This document shows positions 27,123 through 40,099 of a stretch of DNA of 64,000 nucleotides, in pieces. The notes below the pieces were generated by a model. That model saw only the letters and a program-made list of their open reading frames with translations. It searched no databases and was not told the DNA's origin. Within the stretch, counting starts at the first letter, position 1, and each line of letters starts with the position of its first letter. Origin of the DNA: Octopus sinensis (Eukaryota); the NCBI RefSeq assembly GCF_006345805.1, contig NC_042997.1, forward strand, positions 181,660,001 to 181,724,000, read 5' to 3'. The position numbers and the translations under genes were made by a program.

Positions 27123-27502
27123 AGCACTCCGTTGGTTACGACGACGAGGGTTCCGGTTGATCCGATCAACGGAACAGCCTGCTCGTGAAATTAACGTGTA
27201 AGTGACTGAGCATTCCACAGACACGTGTACCCTTAACGTAGTTCTCGGGGATATTCAGCGTGACACAGAGAGTGACAAAGCCGGCCCTTTGAAATACAGG
27301 TACAACAGAAACAGGAAGTAAGAGAGAGAGAAAGTTGTGGTGAAAGAGTACAGCAGGGATCACCACCATCCCCTGCCGGAGCCTCGTGGAGCTTTTAGGT
27401 GTTTTCGCTCAATAAATACTCACAACGCCCGGTCTGGGAATCGAAACCGCGATCCTACGACCGCGAGTCCGCTGCCCTAACCACTGGGCCATTGCGCCTC
27501 CA
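27123..27502 (-). mobile_element. SINE (head2 + body2 + tail X)
   Basis: Well-preserved tRNA-like head ggcgcaatggcccagtggttagggcagcggactc...ggtttcgattccc; tail X shared with the 15122 family. Confidence 0.85.
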
Positions 27503-27577
27503 CTCATTAATATCTATATGTATACATACAAATATGTGTGTATTTATCTTTACATTACGTGTATATCGATATATCTA

Positions 27578-28600
27578 CATACGAGGATTCTATCTAAAGA
27601 GTTTCCTTCACAAGTGATGTATTTCTGTCATCGCTGAACTCATCTTTCAAACCTACTTCCAAAATATTCAAATGTGCACTGTTGTACACACTTTATCATA
27701 ACCAAGCCACCTTCACTTATTCTCTTTCGTCAAACTGTTGTCTTCAAAGGCTATTCTTCATTAGACTGAGCAGAGAGCTCCAGATAATGGATATATGGTG
27801 TGGAGGAGGATCACGGACCAGCCTAGTTGCCGATTGTCTGATCTATTGCCAAAGATGTGTATGGCCATGTATTCTTATGGTGAATGTCAGCTTCTTGTTG
27901 GCCTCTTCTTCCTAGCAGTTTCTAGTGTTTCAGTGATTTTTGAGTGTCTCAATGTACCGCCCACTCTTCATGATAAACTCATGGTCCAGAAAATCAAGGA
28001 GAATTACCTCCTTATGAAAAAATTCCCAGCTACCACAACTTTCTGCGTGCCGATTGCAGGCTCTTGAATGTCTTACATCTTCGAGAAGAGGCGTGACGCC
28101 ATTCCATAGACCGGACCATAAACATCATTCCAGGACCATAAACAAACGCCTATGTTTCATCTCCTGTCACCAGGTCAGGGTTACGTGCCTTCATTGGCTC
28201 CAAACACTTCTAGACATCAGAGCAGGCTTCTATTCTTGTCTTCCTCAAATTGGCTGTCAGCTACCGAGGTATCCACTTTACACACTCTTGCCGAAACCTA
28301 AAGACTTCCACCACCTTCGGTAATAGATTTTCACTGTAAGAGTCTCCTAGCCCACATACTGACAATTCGTCTCAGTGATCGCAGCTGGTGGTCTCCAACT
28401 GCATGGTTCTTTTCAATACTAGTTTTCGTTACTTGAAACTTCAGCATCTATCTGTCAGTGGTACCATGTCCGTAAACACACTATAAGCTACTGTGAATGT
28501 TGGACGACCTGCATCCCTCCTTTACCAAAACCCCAAAAACGAGTTTTGACAGGGTTTGCTGTGGTTAGGACGTGTTACTTGATTGCAATTAAAATTAAAA
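27578..28600 (-). mobile_element. Highly degenerate mariner remnant
   Basis: Broken frame HHKNTWPYTSLAIDQTIG...PYIHYL aligns by eye to HDNARPHT...HPPYSPDL; terminus tacgagg at ~27579. Confidence 0.55.
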
Positions 28601-28745
28601 GGAAGTAGAGTTACTACAGAGGAAGAGTTGCTCCATCAACACTTGTAATTTGAACGACCTATGTCAGTTAATTAAAAAGTTCTGCCCACTTTCCCATTCC
28701 ATTCGGTACAATACTGGCGCGCACACGCACGCACACACACACACA

Positions 28746-28816
<71 letters not shown>

Positions 28817-29300
28817 GCAGATATATATGTGTATATTAATTATTCGTAAACATGAATATTATAGACAATGTCTTAGAAGTTTCGGCGAGTTAACCTATCG
28901 TCGGACTATATATATATATATATATATATGGCCCAAAAGTAGGTTTACAGTTATCATGTAGGTACTTTAAATTTCTTTTAAAACATTTTATTACATTTAA
29001 ATTTCTTCCTTACAAACTGAAAATGGAGCTTGACAAAATTAACTAAATTAGCATAAAATAATGATTTCATATATTTTTATAATTAAGACCTAAACTGTTA
29101 ATATATGAATGGAAAAGAGATAGTTGAAAAACTGTAAACCTACTTTTGGGTCACCCTATACATATATATATATATATGTATATATAGATCCGTCTGTCTG
29201 CATGTATGTATCCATATATGTATGTATGTATGTTTGTATGTACGTATGCATGTATGTATGTGTGAGTGTGTGTGTGTGTGTATTTATATATATATATAGA

Positions 29301-29844
29301 TTGGGTTGTCCGGAAAGTTCGTGCCGATCTATAGTAGCTTACCTTTCGACATATTTTAGAGCATGGTTGAGTCCATAAAATAGGATTTGACTACACCTCC
29401 ATTTAGAGCACAGTTTCAGCTATGTTCCTATGACCTGTGTAGACTTTGTAACTCTTTAAAATGGAAGATAAGAAAGTTCATTTTCGGCACTTCATGCTTT
29501 TGGAACCAGACAAAAATTGCTGCAGTTCGGCTGGGTTGTGTTACCCCACCCTCCATATTCACCAGATATTGCTCCTTCGGATTTCCACTTATTCAGATCT
29601 CTGCAGCATAGTCTTAATGGTAAAAATTTCAATTCCTTGGATGACGTAAAATGATACCTCGATGAATTCTTTGTCATGAAACCACCTCAATTCTGAGAAG
29701 AGGGTATTTTCAAGTTAAAGGAAAGCTAGAGACGCATTGTGCAACAAAATGGTTCATATTTGGGTGATTAAAAATGTAATGGCAAGTATATATTGACCTT
29801 TTTCTTTCCTTTAAAAATCGGCACGAACTTTCCGGACAACCCAA
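29301..29844 (+). mobile_element. Internally deleted mariner (MITE-like) with perfect 28-bp TIRs
   Basis: TTGGGTTGTCCGGAAAGTTCGTGCCGAT at 29301-29328 and its reverse complement at 29817-29844; internal HPPYSPDIAPSDFHLFRSLQHSLNGKNF. Confidence 0.92.
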
Positions 29845-30469
29845 TATATATATTGCATTAAAACGTTACCAGTTATCTTATACAACTATAAATGAATATA
29901 ACAGTACGCAAAAAAGGCGTTCAAGGGTAGATAGTTTATTTAACAAAATTCCTTTCACATAACTCGAATTACATAAGCATACATACATACATACATACAC
30001 ACATACATACATATACATGTGTACACACATACACACACATATATGTATGTATGTTTCGTAATGTCTAAGACATATAGATGTATGTTAAACATTTATTAAA
30101 TATTATCCGATAGAGAACTTAATACACAGTATGTAGGTATTTGTATATTATATAGCATAACTAAATGTTAATTCTTGATTTTAAGTTATGACCTTCCGTA
30201 CTACTGGCCCTCGGACTGTGAGCTCACGAAAACGTTCTTACCTCTATTAGTATTCAGAAAAAAAAAGAAAGTAGGCTAATTACTATATTGCTTAAATGAA
30301 AGGTAGAGACAATTAATTACTGGATAGAATAAATAGGTTTGATTGTCAGCGATCTATTGTCTTTAATTACACTAGATATTTCAGGTTAGAAATGGGACAG
30401 GAGCAAATTTTGTATGCTTACGTGTACTTGTGTGTGCGTATGTGTGAGTGTGCGTATGTGTGAGTGTGC

Positions 30470-30500
<31 letters not shown>

Positions 30501-30764
30501 AGTGTGCGTGTGTGTGCGTGTGTGTGTGGTGTGTGTGGTGTGTGTGTGTGTGTGTGTGCATGCTCATGTGTATGGGTATGTCTGTCAGTGTGTTTTTGTG
30601 CGCGTTAGTGTGCGTGCGTGTCGTTTTGGTTGAAAATGCTTGTTGGGAAAAAAATGCTTGGGATGGGGAAAAACGTTTGGCGGCATTTCGTCCGTCTTTA
30701 TGTTCTGAGTTCAAATTCCGCCGAGGTTTAACTTTGTCTTTCATCCCTTTTCGGAATCTCTTTT

Positions 30765-31135
30765 ACTCTTTTACTTGTTTCAGTCATTTGACTGCGGCCA
30801 TGCTGGAGCACCGCTTTTAGTCGAGCAAATCAACCCCATGACATATTCTTTGTAAGCCTAGTACTTATTCTATCGGTCTCTTTTGCCGAACCGCTAAGTT
30901 ACAGGGACGTAAACACGCCAGCCTCGGTTGTCAAGCGATGTGGGGGGACAAACACAGACACACAAACACACACACACGCACACACACACACATATATACA
31001 AATACATATATACGACGGGCTTCTTTCAGTTTCCGTCTACCAAATCCACTCACAAGGCTTTGGTCAGCCCGAGGCTATAGAAGATGACACTTGCTCAAGG
31101 TGTCACGCAGTGGGACTGAACTCGGAACCATGTGG
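30765..31135 (-). mobile_element. SINE group A (abutting a group C head fragment at ~30650-30755)
   Basis: Near-consensus reverse copy. Confidence 0.85.
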
Positions 31136-31577
31136 TGTCGATAAAATAACTATCAATTGGGTACTAGGGTCGTTGTAATCGACTTACCTCTTCCCCGAAA
31201 TTATATCAGCTATGGTAGATGTGTTGGCATGAATATTTAGAAAGAAAGGGGGTGGGGGAGAGATGGGGTGGGTAGAGGAAATGAATGAATAATTTTCGAA
31301 GTAAGAAATTATGAATGAGGATGGAATTTCTACTTTCATTGCTTAGATGCATAAATAATGTGGATTTATTTAGATGAACTTAACTGAAATTTATTCAAAT
31401 ATCGAACTGTATAGCCATAGACATGCGCGCATGTGCGGATATACACTTATAATTATGTTTAATGTTCTGACATTTATATACATATAGATCTACATATGCA
31501 TACTCCCACATCCAGATATGTCATACACATATACAGTATACACATATAAAATGTGAACTCGCGGAGGTTTGTGTACA

Positions 31578-31609
<32 letters not shown>

Positions 31610-31614
31610 ACATA

Positions 31615-31840
31615 AACGACAAAATAGGACAAGAACGCAAAACATCCAGCCAACTAGGTGATACAAAATGGGACAACAAAATATCCAGATAGACGATACA
31701 AAAAACACGGAGGGGTTATTCGAAGCCTTCTATCTTCAGTCAAGAACCGGATCACCCACGCAATTTCGGCTGATTAATCTTGAGATTGCTCCAATCTGGC
31801 CAGCCCCAAGGAAAAACTAAGCTAAGAGCATTAGATTCTT
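31615..31840. repeat. Interspersed repeat family R in (TA)n
   Basis: ttcgaagcc...cagtcaagaacc.gatca...gcaatttcggctg is shared with 9535-9670. Confidence 0.65.
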
Positions 31841-31874
31841 TACATACGTATATATATATACATATATATATTAC

Positions 31875-31924
<50 letters not shown>

Positions 31925-31928
<4 letters not shown>

Positions 31929-32108
31929 AGAATTCACAAGAAAACAAAAGAGGAAGACAGGTGGTGTAGACAAACAGATGTATTAGTTTAACGCTCAGGA
32001 AGTGAAAAAGCTTTTAACGTTTCGAGCCTACGCTCTTTCACTGAGAGGAACACAGAAAGAAACAGGGAGAGAAAATAAAGAATGCGTAGTGGCTAGCGAT
32101 CTATCATG
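31925..32108 (-). mobile_element. Short HHR-bearing element family Q (degenerate core)
   Basis: Homologous to 37549-37730 and 46245-46405; stem II GAGC-guag-GCUC GAAACGUU is retained but the core is mutated. Confidence 0.75.
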
Positions 32109-32754
32109 GCGATATATACATATATATATATAACAAATTTATTTTGTGGAAGTTTTGAAGAGGTTTAGGCAGAAATTTCGTCGCAAAATGCACCAATCCA
32201 TACTTCCAGTCCTCCGAGGGACATATATGAAGTCGAACTGTTGAATATGTTAATGTAAACTGCATACGTTTTTCTCTGGCTCTCTTCGTAAAACTAAACT
32301 CTTTATGGACGGGAAACCTAAGGTAATCCCATAAACTTGCCGTCTCCATTTGTCATATATATATATATTACGGAGATGCACTATAGCAAGTGACCTGATC
32401 TGAGATCGTGTACTGGAACGAAAACAATTGCAGCGTGGAAGGTGTTTATAAACCATTTAAGAAACACACGGAATTTTGCTGCACGGAACTTTGTCAGTGA
32501 ACAGGTCGCGGTCTCAAAGCGACGAAAATATTTTTACAAATGAAATTTAAATGTTGAAGTGAATCTAACGGTTTTTGTGTGTTTCTTAAATGGCTTATAA
32601 TCTCCTTCCACGCTGCAATTGTATATATATATATATATATATACATATATATGTGTGTGTGTATATGTACATGTAGAGGTAGGTACGTACATATATGTTT
32701 ATATATATGCATATATTTTATTTCATTTATTAATATATATATATATTATATATA

Positions 32755-32804
<50 letters not shown>

Positions 32805-32883
32805 TTTGATACTTTGATAGGTTTCGGCCATTATTGGCCCAGGCCATGTCTAACTTAATAGCACCACCATATATATATATTTA

Positions 32884-33113
32884 AAGGCGGCGAGCTGGCA
32901 GAAACTTTAGAACGCCGGGCGAAATGCGTAGCCGTATTTCGATTGCCGTTACGTTCTGAGTTCAAATTCCGCCGAGGTCGACTTTGCCTTTCATCCTTTC
33001 GGGTCGATAAATAAAGTACCAGTTTCGCACTGGGGTCGATGTAATCAACTTAATCTCTTTGTCTGTCCTTGTTTGTCCCCTATATATTTAGCCCCTTGTG
33101 GACAATAAAGAAA
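32884..33113 (+). mobile_element. SINE group C monomer
   Basis: aaggcggcgagctggcagaa...gagttcaaattcc...aataaagaaata. Confidence 0.85.
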
Positions 33114-33116
33114 TAT

Positions 33117-33202
<86 letters not shown>

Positions 33203-33932
33203 GAGTTCATGAAAGTTTTATAGAGAAATGAGTAGACAATAATAATAGAACTGTGATATTTAAATGTTCCCAAAATATCAACCTTTAATAACACGACAAT
33301 TTTGTTGACAAAACGTTTTGACAATCAAATCCACTGATTTCCTGTTTTTCGTGCATCAGCAGCTAATTACAATTTCGGGCACTTTTTAACTTCACTTTAG
33401 TTGGACAGGAAATGAAACGAGAAGTTTGCAACGGTATTATATAATGAATACATGAGATTTTAGTTTTAGATTCGTTACCCAACATCAGTTACTGCTTAAC
33501 ACCGCCGCCGCATTTGCAAATAGATAGCATGTTATATAAATACAGAGAAAAATAATAAAGAAATTACATGTAGATAAGCTAATTAGCATAGGAGAAGTAG
33601 TTTGACAACTGTTAAAATTTACATTTTCTTTAAGGAAGGTTAGAGTTTGCAAGCCAAGCAACATTTTTGGAATTGTTATAGAATGTTATTTTGTTATATA
33701 GAATATCGGTTAAAAGCGGAGACAGACGAAGAAAGATGGGTTAGAAACCGGTTTTACTAGTTTCCATGCTATTTGACCCCTGTCTTGCCTACAAGCCGTT
33801 CCACTTTAGAATTGCGCATATTTTAAATATAATTACAGTTTGATATACTAAATTTTAGATTCCGTAGTGTACCTCTAGGTAATCTCGCTCTCCCACTCTG
33901 TCTCTATCTCCATCTATCTGTCTGTCTCTCTG

Positions 33933-34018
<86 letters not shown>

Positions 34019-34042
34019 TATTTATGTATGTATGTATATACA

Positions 34043-34810
34043 TTTAAAATAATAGGGGTGAAAAATTGAACATTAATTTGATTAATATCAATTTAAAACC
34101 ATTGGTCTAGCGTATTGAAAAGTCTGAAGACTCAGAAAAATTATATAACATATATATATGAGGGATGACCACTAAGTGAACATCCATTATGCTAGAAGTA
34201 GACCTCCTATGGTCTTACCATTAAGAAAGGATTGTTCTCAAGAAAATTTAGCAAACGCCAGAACGTAAGCGAGCAAGAATGAAAAGATACAAAATATAAA
34301 GATTAATCACATACCCGATTTCGTTGCTACCACTTACGTAATTACTTACGTAATTGTCCGCAACTCATCAGTGTGGTCGTCATAGCAAAATATAATTTGA
34401 AGAACTATACACGAGACGTCCGCATGAGATTGAACATGTATACAGTTGTACCAATTACATTTGGGTCTATCTTTCAAAAGTCTTCGTTTTAGCGCGCCAA
34501 AATACCGGAAATAATTCTGCAGAAAATAATTCTCTGCGGTGAATTTTGCCGGTTAGAGAACATGGTTATTTAAATTTAAATTTAAAATAATAAAACCGAA
34601 AAATTGAATATTAATTTGATTAATATCAATTTAAAACTATTGGTCTAGCGTATTGAAAAATCTGAAGTTTCAGAAAAATTATATTTCATACATTAAAGAG
34701 GGATGACCACTAAGTGGACATCCATTATCCTAGAAGTAAACCCCCTCAAGAAAATTTAGCAAACGTCAGAACGTAAGCGAGCAATACAAATGAAAAGATA
34801 CAAAATATAA
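34043..34810 (-). mobile_element. Direct-repeat element with a hammerhead (pLTR/retrozyme-like)
   Basis: Direct repeats at 34043-34298 and 34581-34810 (offset 538 bp); flanked by (TA)n; HHR adjacent to one repeat. Confidence 0.75.
34308..34375 (-). ncRNA. Minimal type I hammerhead ribozyme motif
   Basis: CACA CUGAUGA GUUGC-(32 nt)-GCAAC GAA AUCGGGU A^ UGUG; perfect 5-bp stem II, 4-bp stem I, very short quasi-palindromic stem III. Confidence 0.8.
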
Positions 34811-34851
34811 GTATAAATATAAATAAATAAATATATATATATACATAAGCG

Positions 34852-35225
34852 TATTTGTTTCAGTCATTTGACTGCGGCCCTACTGGAGCATTGTCTCGAA
34901 GGGTTTTAGTTGAACAAATCGAACTCAGAACTTATTTCTTAAGCCTAGAACGTATTGCAGGCTTAATTTTGCCAAACCGTTAAGTTATGGGGACGTAAAC
35001 ACACCAACACCGGTTGTCAAGTGGTGATGGTGGGGGGGGGGGGCAAACACAGACACAGACAGACACACACAAAAACGCACATATATATGTATGTATGTAT
35101 ACATGGCGGGCTTCTTTCAGTTTCCGTCTCTCAAATCCACTCACAAGGTTTTTGTCGGCTTGAGGCCATATTAGAAGACATATGCCTAAGGTGCCACGCA
35201 GTGGGACTGAACGTGGAACCATGTG
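34852..35225 (-). mobile_element. SINE group A
   Basis: Reverse copy. Confidence 0.75.
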
Positions 35226-36248
35226 GATACACACACATTCATGCACACATACATACACACAAATACATTGTACACAGGTATGCCTGAGGATAGGTTACTT
35301 CTGCTTTTAGGTGTTACAGTCACATGCACTTTTTAATGCGCCGTTGCTGGGTTGTCGTGAGGCATACTCTGGGTTCATCCATCATTTTGACAGGCCTTGT
35401 TTTTGTCCTACATAATTTCTAGTCTGGTGGGCGTCCCAGCTCGTTCTCCAATGACCCAACCAATGAAACAGGTTTTACTAGGTTAGATGTTATCAGTAGT
35501 ACTCACAGGTAACCTGAGATAAATGTATATACATAAATGCATTTATACGTACTTACATCGTTCAGTACAAACATTAAAAAATACATAACGCATACACACT
35601 CACATACATACGCGCACCCACACAGGCCCATACACTCACACGCACGCGCGCACCAATATACAGACACACACACACACTTATGCATACATTTATGTATACG
35701 TATGGGTGTACCTATCCTTGCTTTGCTTGACAGGAGTTGTCGTCATCGTTTGTGATGTTGATAAATGATGAAAAATATATCACGTAGCTGAAAGAAATAT
35801 ATAAGAACATATCTGTGAATTTAATAGAATTTAGAACAAAAATTAAGAAAAAAACCTCTAACAAAAACCATCAATATTGTTTCGTAACATTCAGCACTCT
35901 CTGAGGCACATAGAGGCACACTCTCAGACGCAAATAGAGCCTTTTAGAACTATTTTTACTCAATGATTGATATTGAAATGTTATGATTGTTACAGTAAAA
36001 CCACCAGATCTGAACGTTGCAATGGCGTACGGATGAAAAAGTATACGCAAAAAGTAGTGTCGTCTGATCTGTTTCAATTTTGTTACAGTAACTTTTTTGT
36101 CACAATAATCTCCTTCTGTAACAATATCGTCTGAAATATGCGTTTATATAAATAGTTTATTCAAATACTTGTTCCCATTACTAAGTCCATTAACCTTATT
36201 TAATCTTGGCTATAGCACTATAAGACACCTCCTTTACGACGTCGAGTT

Positions 36249-36332
<84 letters not shown>

Positions 36333-36533
36333 CTAAAGTTATAGCTGTTTAGAATTTTCATTTGATAATCTTGCAAATTATCTTCATCATAGTAGGTAAT
36401 CAGTTATATCATTGATAGGGCCTGTGAAGTTTGAAGTATCCAACAAGCTGACAAAAACTTGATTTATAAGTTCATGCTCACTCGATATAACCCCATCACC
36501 ATTTGGAAATTCCCAAATCACCATGAAACTAAC

Positions 36534-36815
36534 AATCCGTCGGTTATAACGACGAGGGTTCCCGCTGATCCGATCGACGGAACAACCTGCTCGTAAAATT
36601 AACCTGCATGTGGCCGGGTAGATTCAGCATGACACAGAATGTGACAATGTGGGCCCTTTCAAATACAGGTACTGCTCATTTTTGCCAGCTGAGTGGACTG
36701 GAGAAAGATGAAATAAAGTGTCTTGCTCAAAGGATACAACACTCCACCGGGAATCGGACTCACGTCTTTACGATCATGAGTCGAATACCCTAACCACTAA
36801 GCCATGCGCCTTCAC
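36534..36815 (-). mobile_element. CORE-type SINE (head1 + CORE + tail X)
   Basis: Reverse copy with internal deletion. Confidence 0.8.
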
Positions 36816-37284
36816 CGCCTACAAACACAATTATCTTGACACTAAACTGTCAATCATTTTTCGAAAAATTCACAACATAGGCATGAACAGGCCACCACAT
36901 TTTTTTATTTTACTTCTAAACAAATCAAATACCAGTTTCAAAACTATTGTCATCTCGCTGTTGATATCAATACTGCAAACATAATCCTTTCTAATGGAAA
37001 CTGGAATATTGCAAATTGAATGAACTGTAGAACTACATTTCTAGAACAATGCAGTGAACCGTGGAGATGCAACTGCGAAAAATACTTGACTCAAACATGT
37101 CTGATTGAAATACGTCTTTCTGAAGGCTATGATGAACACCAAGGAGAAGAAAAGATCTGAACTTGGGTTGTTTCCGTCTATGCTGTCCATTAACGTGTCA
37201 AAAGCATATCGTTTCTCTTGGTTAAATGCATATGTATTTAGGTTAAATGTTTCTTTTCGGCGGTTTGTTTTAGTTATCCTACGT

Positions 37285-37490
37285 TGCACTTTTATCTTTC
37301 ATCTTTTGCCTGTTTCAGTCATTAGACTGCGGCTTTGCTGGGGCATCGCATTGAAGAATTTTTAATCAAATTATTTTTTAAACCTGATACTTATTCTTTA
37401 AGACCCTTTTGCCGTACCGCCAAGTTACAGGGACGTAAACACTCCAACAATATCGGTTGTCAAACGATGGTGAGCTACAAATACAGAAAA
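37285..37490 (-). mobile_element. SINE group A, 3' half
   Basis: Tail only. Confidence 0.65.
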
Positions 37491-37548
37491 AAATGCTCAC
37501 ACACACACGTACACACACACGCACACACACACACACACACATATATAT

Positions 37549-37730
37549 AGGGAGAATTCACAAAAGAACAAAAGACGAAGATAGGTGTTGTAGACAACAA
37601 ACTGATGTTTTATTATAACGCTCGGGAAGTGAAAAAGTCTTTAACGTTTCGAGCCTACGCTCTTCCACAGAAAGGAACACAGAAAGAAACAAGGAGAGAA
37701 AATAAGAATGTGCAGTGGCTAGCGATCTAT
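37549..37730 (-). mobile_element. Short HHR-bearing element family Q
   Basis: ~180 bp between TA repeats; contains the HHR motif at 37639-37674. Confidence 0.8.
37639..37674 (-). ncRNA. Minimal hammerhead motif with variant core CUGUGGA
   Basis: CUUU CUGUGGA a GAGC-guag-GCUC GAA ACGU U^ AAAG; palindromic stem III; A6 replaced by U. Confidence 0.6.
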
Positions 37731-37743
37731 TATATATATATAA

Positions 37744-38121
37744 AGGAACGATTTTTTGCCAACCTAATGTGGCAGTCCCATTTTGGTGTGAATGCTACTG
37801 TTGTTTAGCTCCAGGAGACATCACCTCCAGCTAGCTATACGACACACGATCTGTGTCCTTATATTTTCGAACAGGATAGGTTAGTACCCCAACCCAGTAC
37901 AGAATTATTTTGTGCCGACGAAGAGAAATAACCCGGAAACCGTATGGTTCACAGATACTGCTTTGTGCTAGGTGGGAATGCTAACCTCCCTTATTCGAAA
38001 ATATAAGGAACCAGATCGTGTGTTGTATAGCCAGCTGGAGATGAAGTCACCTGGAGCTAAACAATAGTAGCATTCGCCCCAAAATGAGACTGCCACATTA
38101 GGTTGACAAAAAATCATTCCT
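37744..38121. mobile_element. Foldback MITE with ~130-bp TIRs, Kolobok-like ends
   Basis: 37744-~37870 pairs with ~37995-38121; ends (ATAA)|AGG...CCT|TTAA. Confidence 0.8.
37909..37955 (+). ncRNA. Hammerhead motif (U4C core) in the MITE spacer
   Basis: UUUGUG CCGACGA a GAG-aaauaa-CCC g GAA ACC-guau-GGU U^ CACAGA; 6-bp stem I, 3-bp stem III, one mismatch in stem II. Confidence 0.6.
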
Positions 38122-40021
38122 TTAAAGTGCTGCTATTGAATATCTCTCGTTGAGAGATTTAGGAACAACTATGTCTATATATATGTGTATGTTTGTATAC
38201 GACGGTCTTCTTTCAGTTTCCGTCTACCAAATATACTCAGAAGAATTTGGTCGCTCGAGGCAATAGCAATAGAAACTTTCCTAAGTTTCCATGCAGTGGG
38301 ACTGGGCTTGGAGTCATGTGAGACATGATTCATATAATCTTATGATATAAAATTTAGCAGGTAAGCTAATCAAAGGAAGTTATACTTTAGAGATAGGAAT
38401 TTTATATATCTGATATCATGCCTGCGACTTTACAGCAACATCATTATCGTTAAAATGCTGTGATCCATGATTTTCTGTCATAGATAACTTGCTGATATGA
38501 AAGAATAACAAGTGATCTAAGATCACAAAATGGTAAGATTGACATCAAGAGATCTTGAATTTGAGGGTCAAAAGAGTTTCCAAATTCACATATCTTTAAT
38601 ATTTCTGTCTAATATTTTATAAACGACGTTGTACTTTGTATTAATATTGATATGGTGATTTGGGTTTTTCGAGACATATTCCCAAGACATATTCTAAAAG
38701 ACTTCATGCTACAACGTTAAAAGAGAATTATCAGGTAAGAATTAGAGTAAGGCTTTAATATTATTCAGTGCACTGGAAAATGGGGTGACTTCAAAACCAA
38801 ACTTTAGGAATCCTACATCAGAAGAATTTTGTCAAGCAAGTGTGCATGGATGTTATATTTTAATATCCGAAGGAAATTATTTGACTTGGATTGATTCCGT
38901 TATTTATTACTCCCTCTGGCTTATTGATATTTCAATGCGAAAATGGCATAATTTATAGCTGATATATTTCTATCTAACCTGAAAGTAAATATATTAGCTT
39001 TCATGTTGTCTATCATATATTGTAGGTCGTTATATATGCGAGGAAAAAAATGGAATAGGGGACTGTATTTGAGAAGCCTCATAAATTAATCTTGTTCGGA
39101 TTGAAGATAAAGAAAGCCAAGAAATATGTTATCGTCTTCTGCATCTTGCCCACACCACTAATACTATATAACATTTAAAAATATAATATATAATTAAATC
39201 GATTGCCGGAATCAAATTATATGATTAACATTTTATCTATTGATTAGATGTGGGTAAAAGTAGCAGTCAGAAATATCGGAAGCCACTCCTCTTAGTGTTG
39301 AGTATAGGATTAATTTACAGCGCAAAATGTAATATATTTCGTCTGAAATTTGGATATACCGACAATATTGAACGTTAATGAATTTCACAGTTTTTTCCTT
39401 GGAAGTATTTTCGGTATAATAGTGTGTGTGTGTGTGTGTGTGTAAGTGGATGTAGGAAATTTCGTGGAAGAATGTCTGATTGTGCATTTTCTTAGGAACG
39501 TGGCATGTAATTTGTAAGATCCTATTGCAAACCTTCTGCGTATTGAATATATTTTATTTCGCAGTTCCCTGAAAGTGAGACCGGCAGTTTTGAGATTGCT
39601 TCATTCAATTAAAAAGTTGTGATAACAACAATAACGTTACAGAAAGGAGAGCAGTATTGTTTCTGCTTGACAGAGCTATCCTCATTTCTCAAATGTTATA
39701 TTAATGTTACCCGAGCCTCAAATCCGACACATCGTATCCATAAATAGCCACTTTGGCGAAGATATTACATTGAGAACATCGTAACCATATCACTTTCAAC
39801 ACCACTAATACTCAATCACTATCCATAAGGACTATATTGTACCTTTCCTGCTTGAGACATGAATACCACACAATTTAGATACGCCAAATCTACATAAATA
39901 CTAAAGCTTGCAATCCCTGAAGATATCTCTATAAGCTATGGAATATTTTAGTCTTGTCCAGTTAATGCTAAAATAAATGCCACTATAGAACACCTCTCAT
40001 AAATCTGGGACAGTACTGCAC

Positions 40022-40099
<78 letters not shown>

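Noticed and set aside
27400-27502. tRNA genes at SINE heads
   Set aside because: A/B boxes are present but there is no complete cloverleaf, and they continue into SINE bodies.
31248-31272. G-quadruplex-forming motif
   Set aside because: Plausible G4 but isolated, with no functional context.
32815-32856. GGCCA-auaa-UGGCC GAAAC stem II-like motif (minus strand)
   Set aside because: Core reduced to CUG (AUGA missing) and no stem I; at best a dead relic.
33720-33770. CAGACGA...GAAACCGGU hammerhead-like words
   Set aside because: No stem II and weak stem I.
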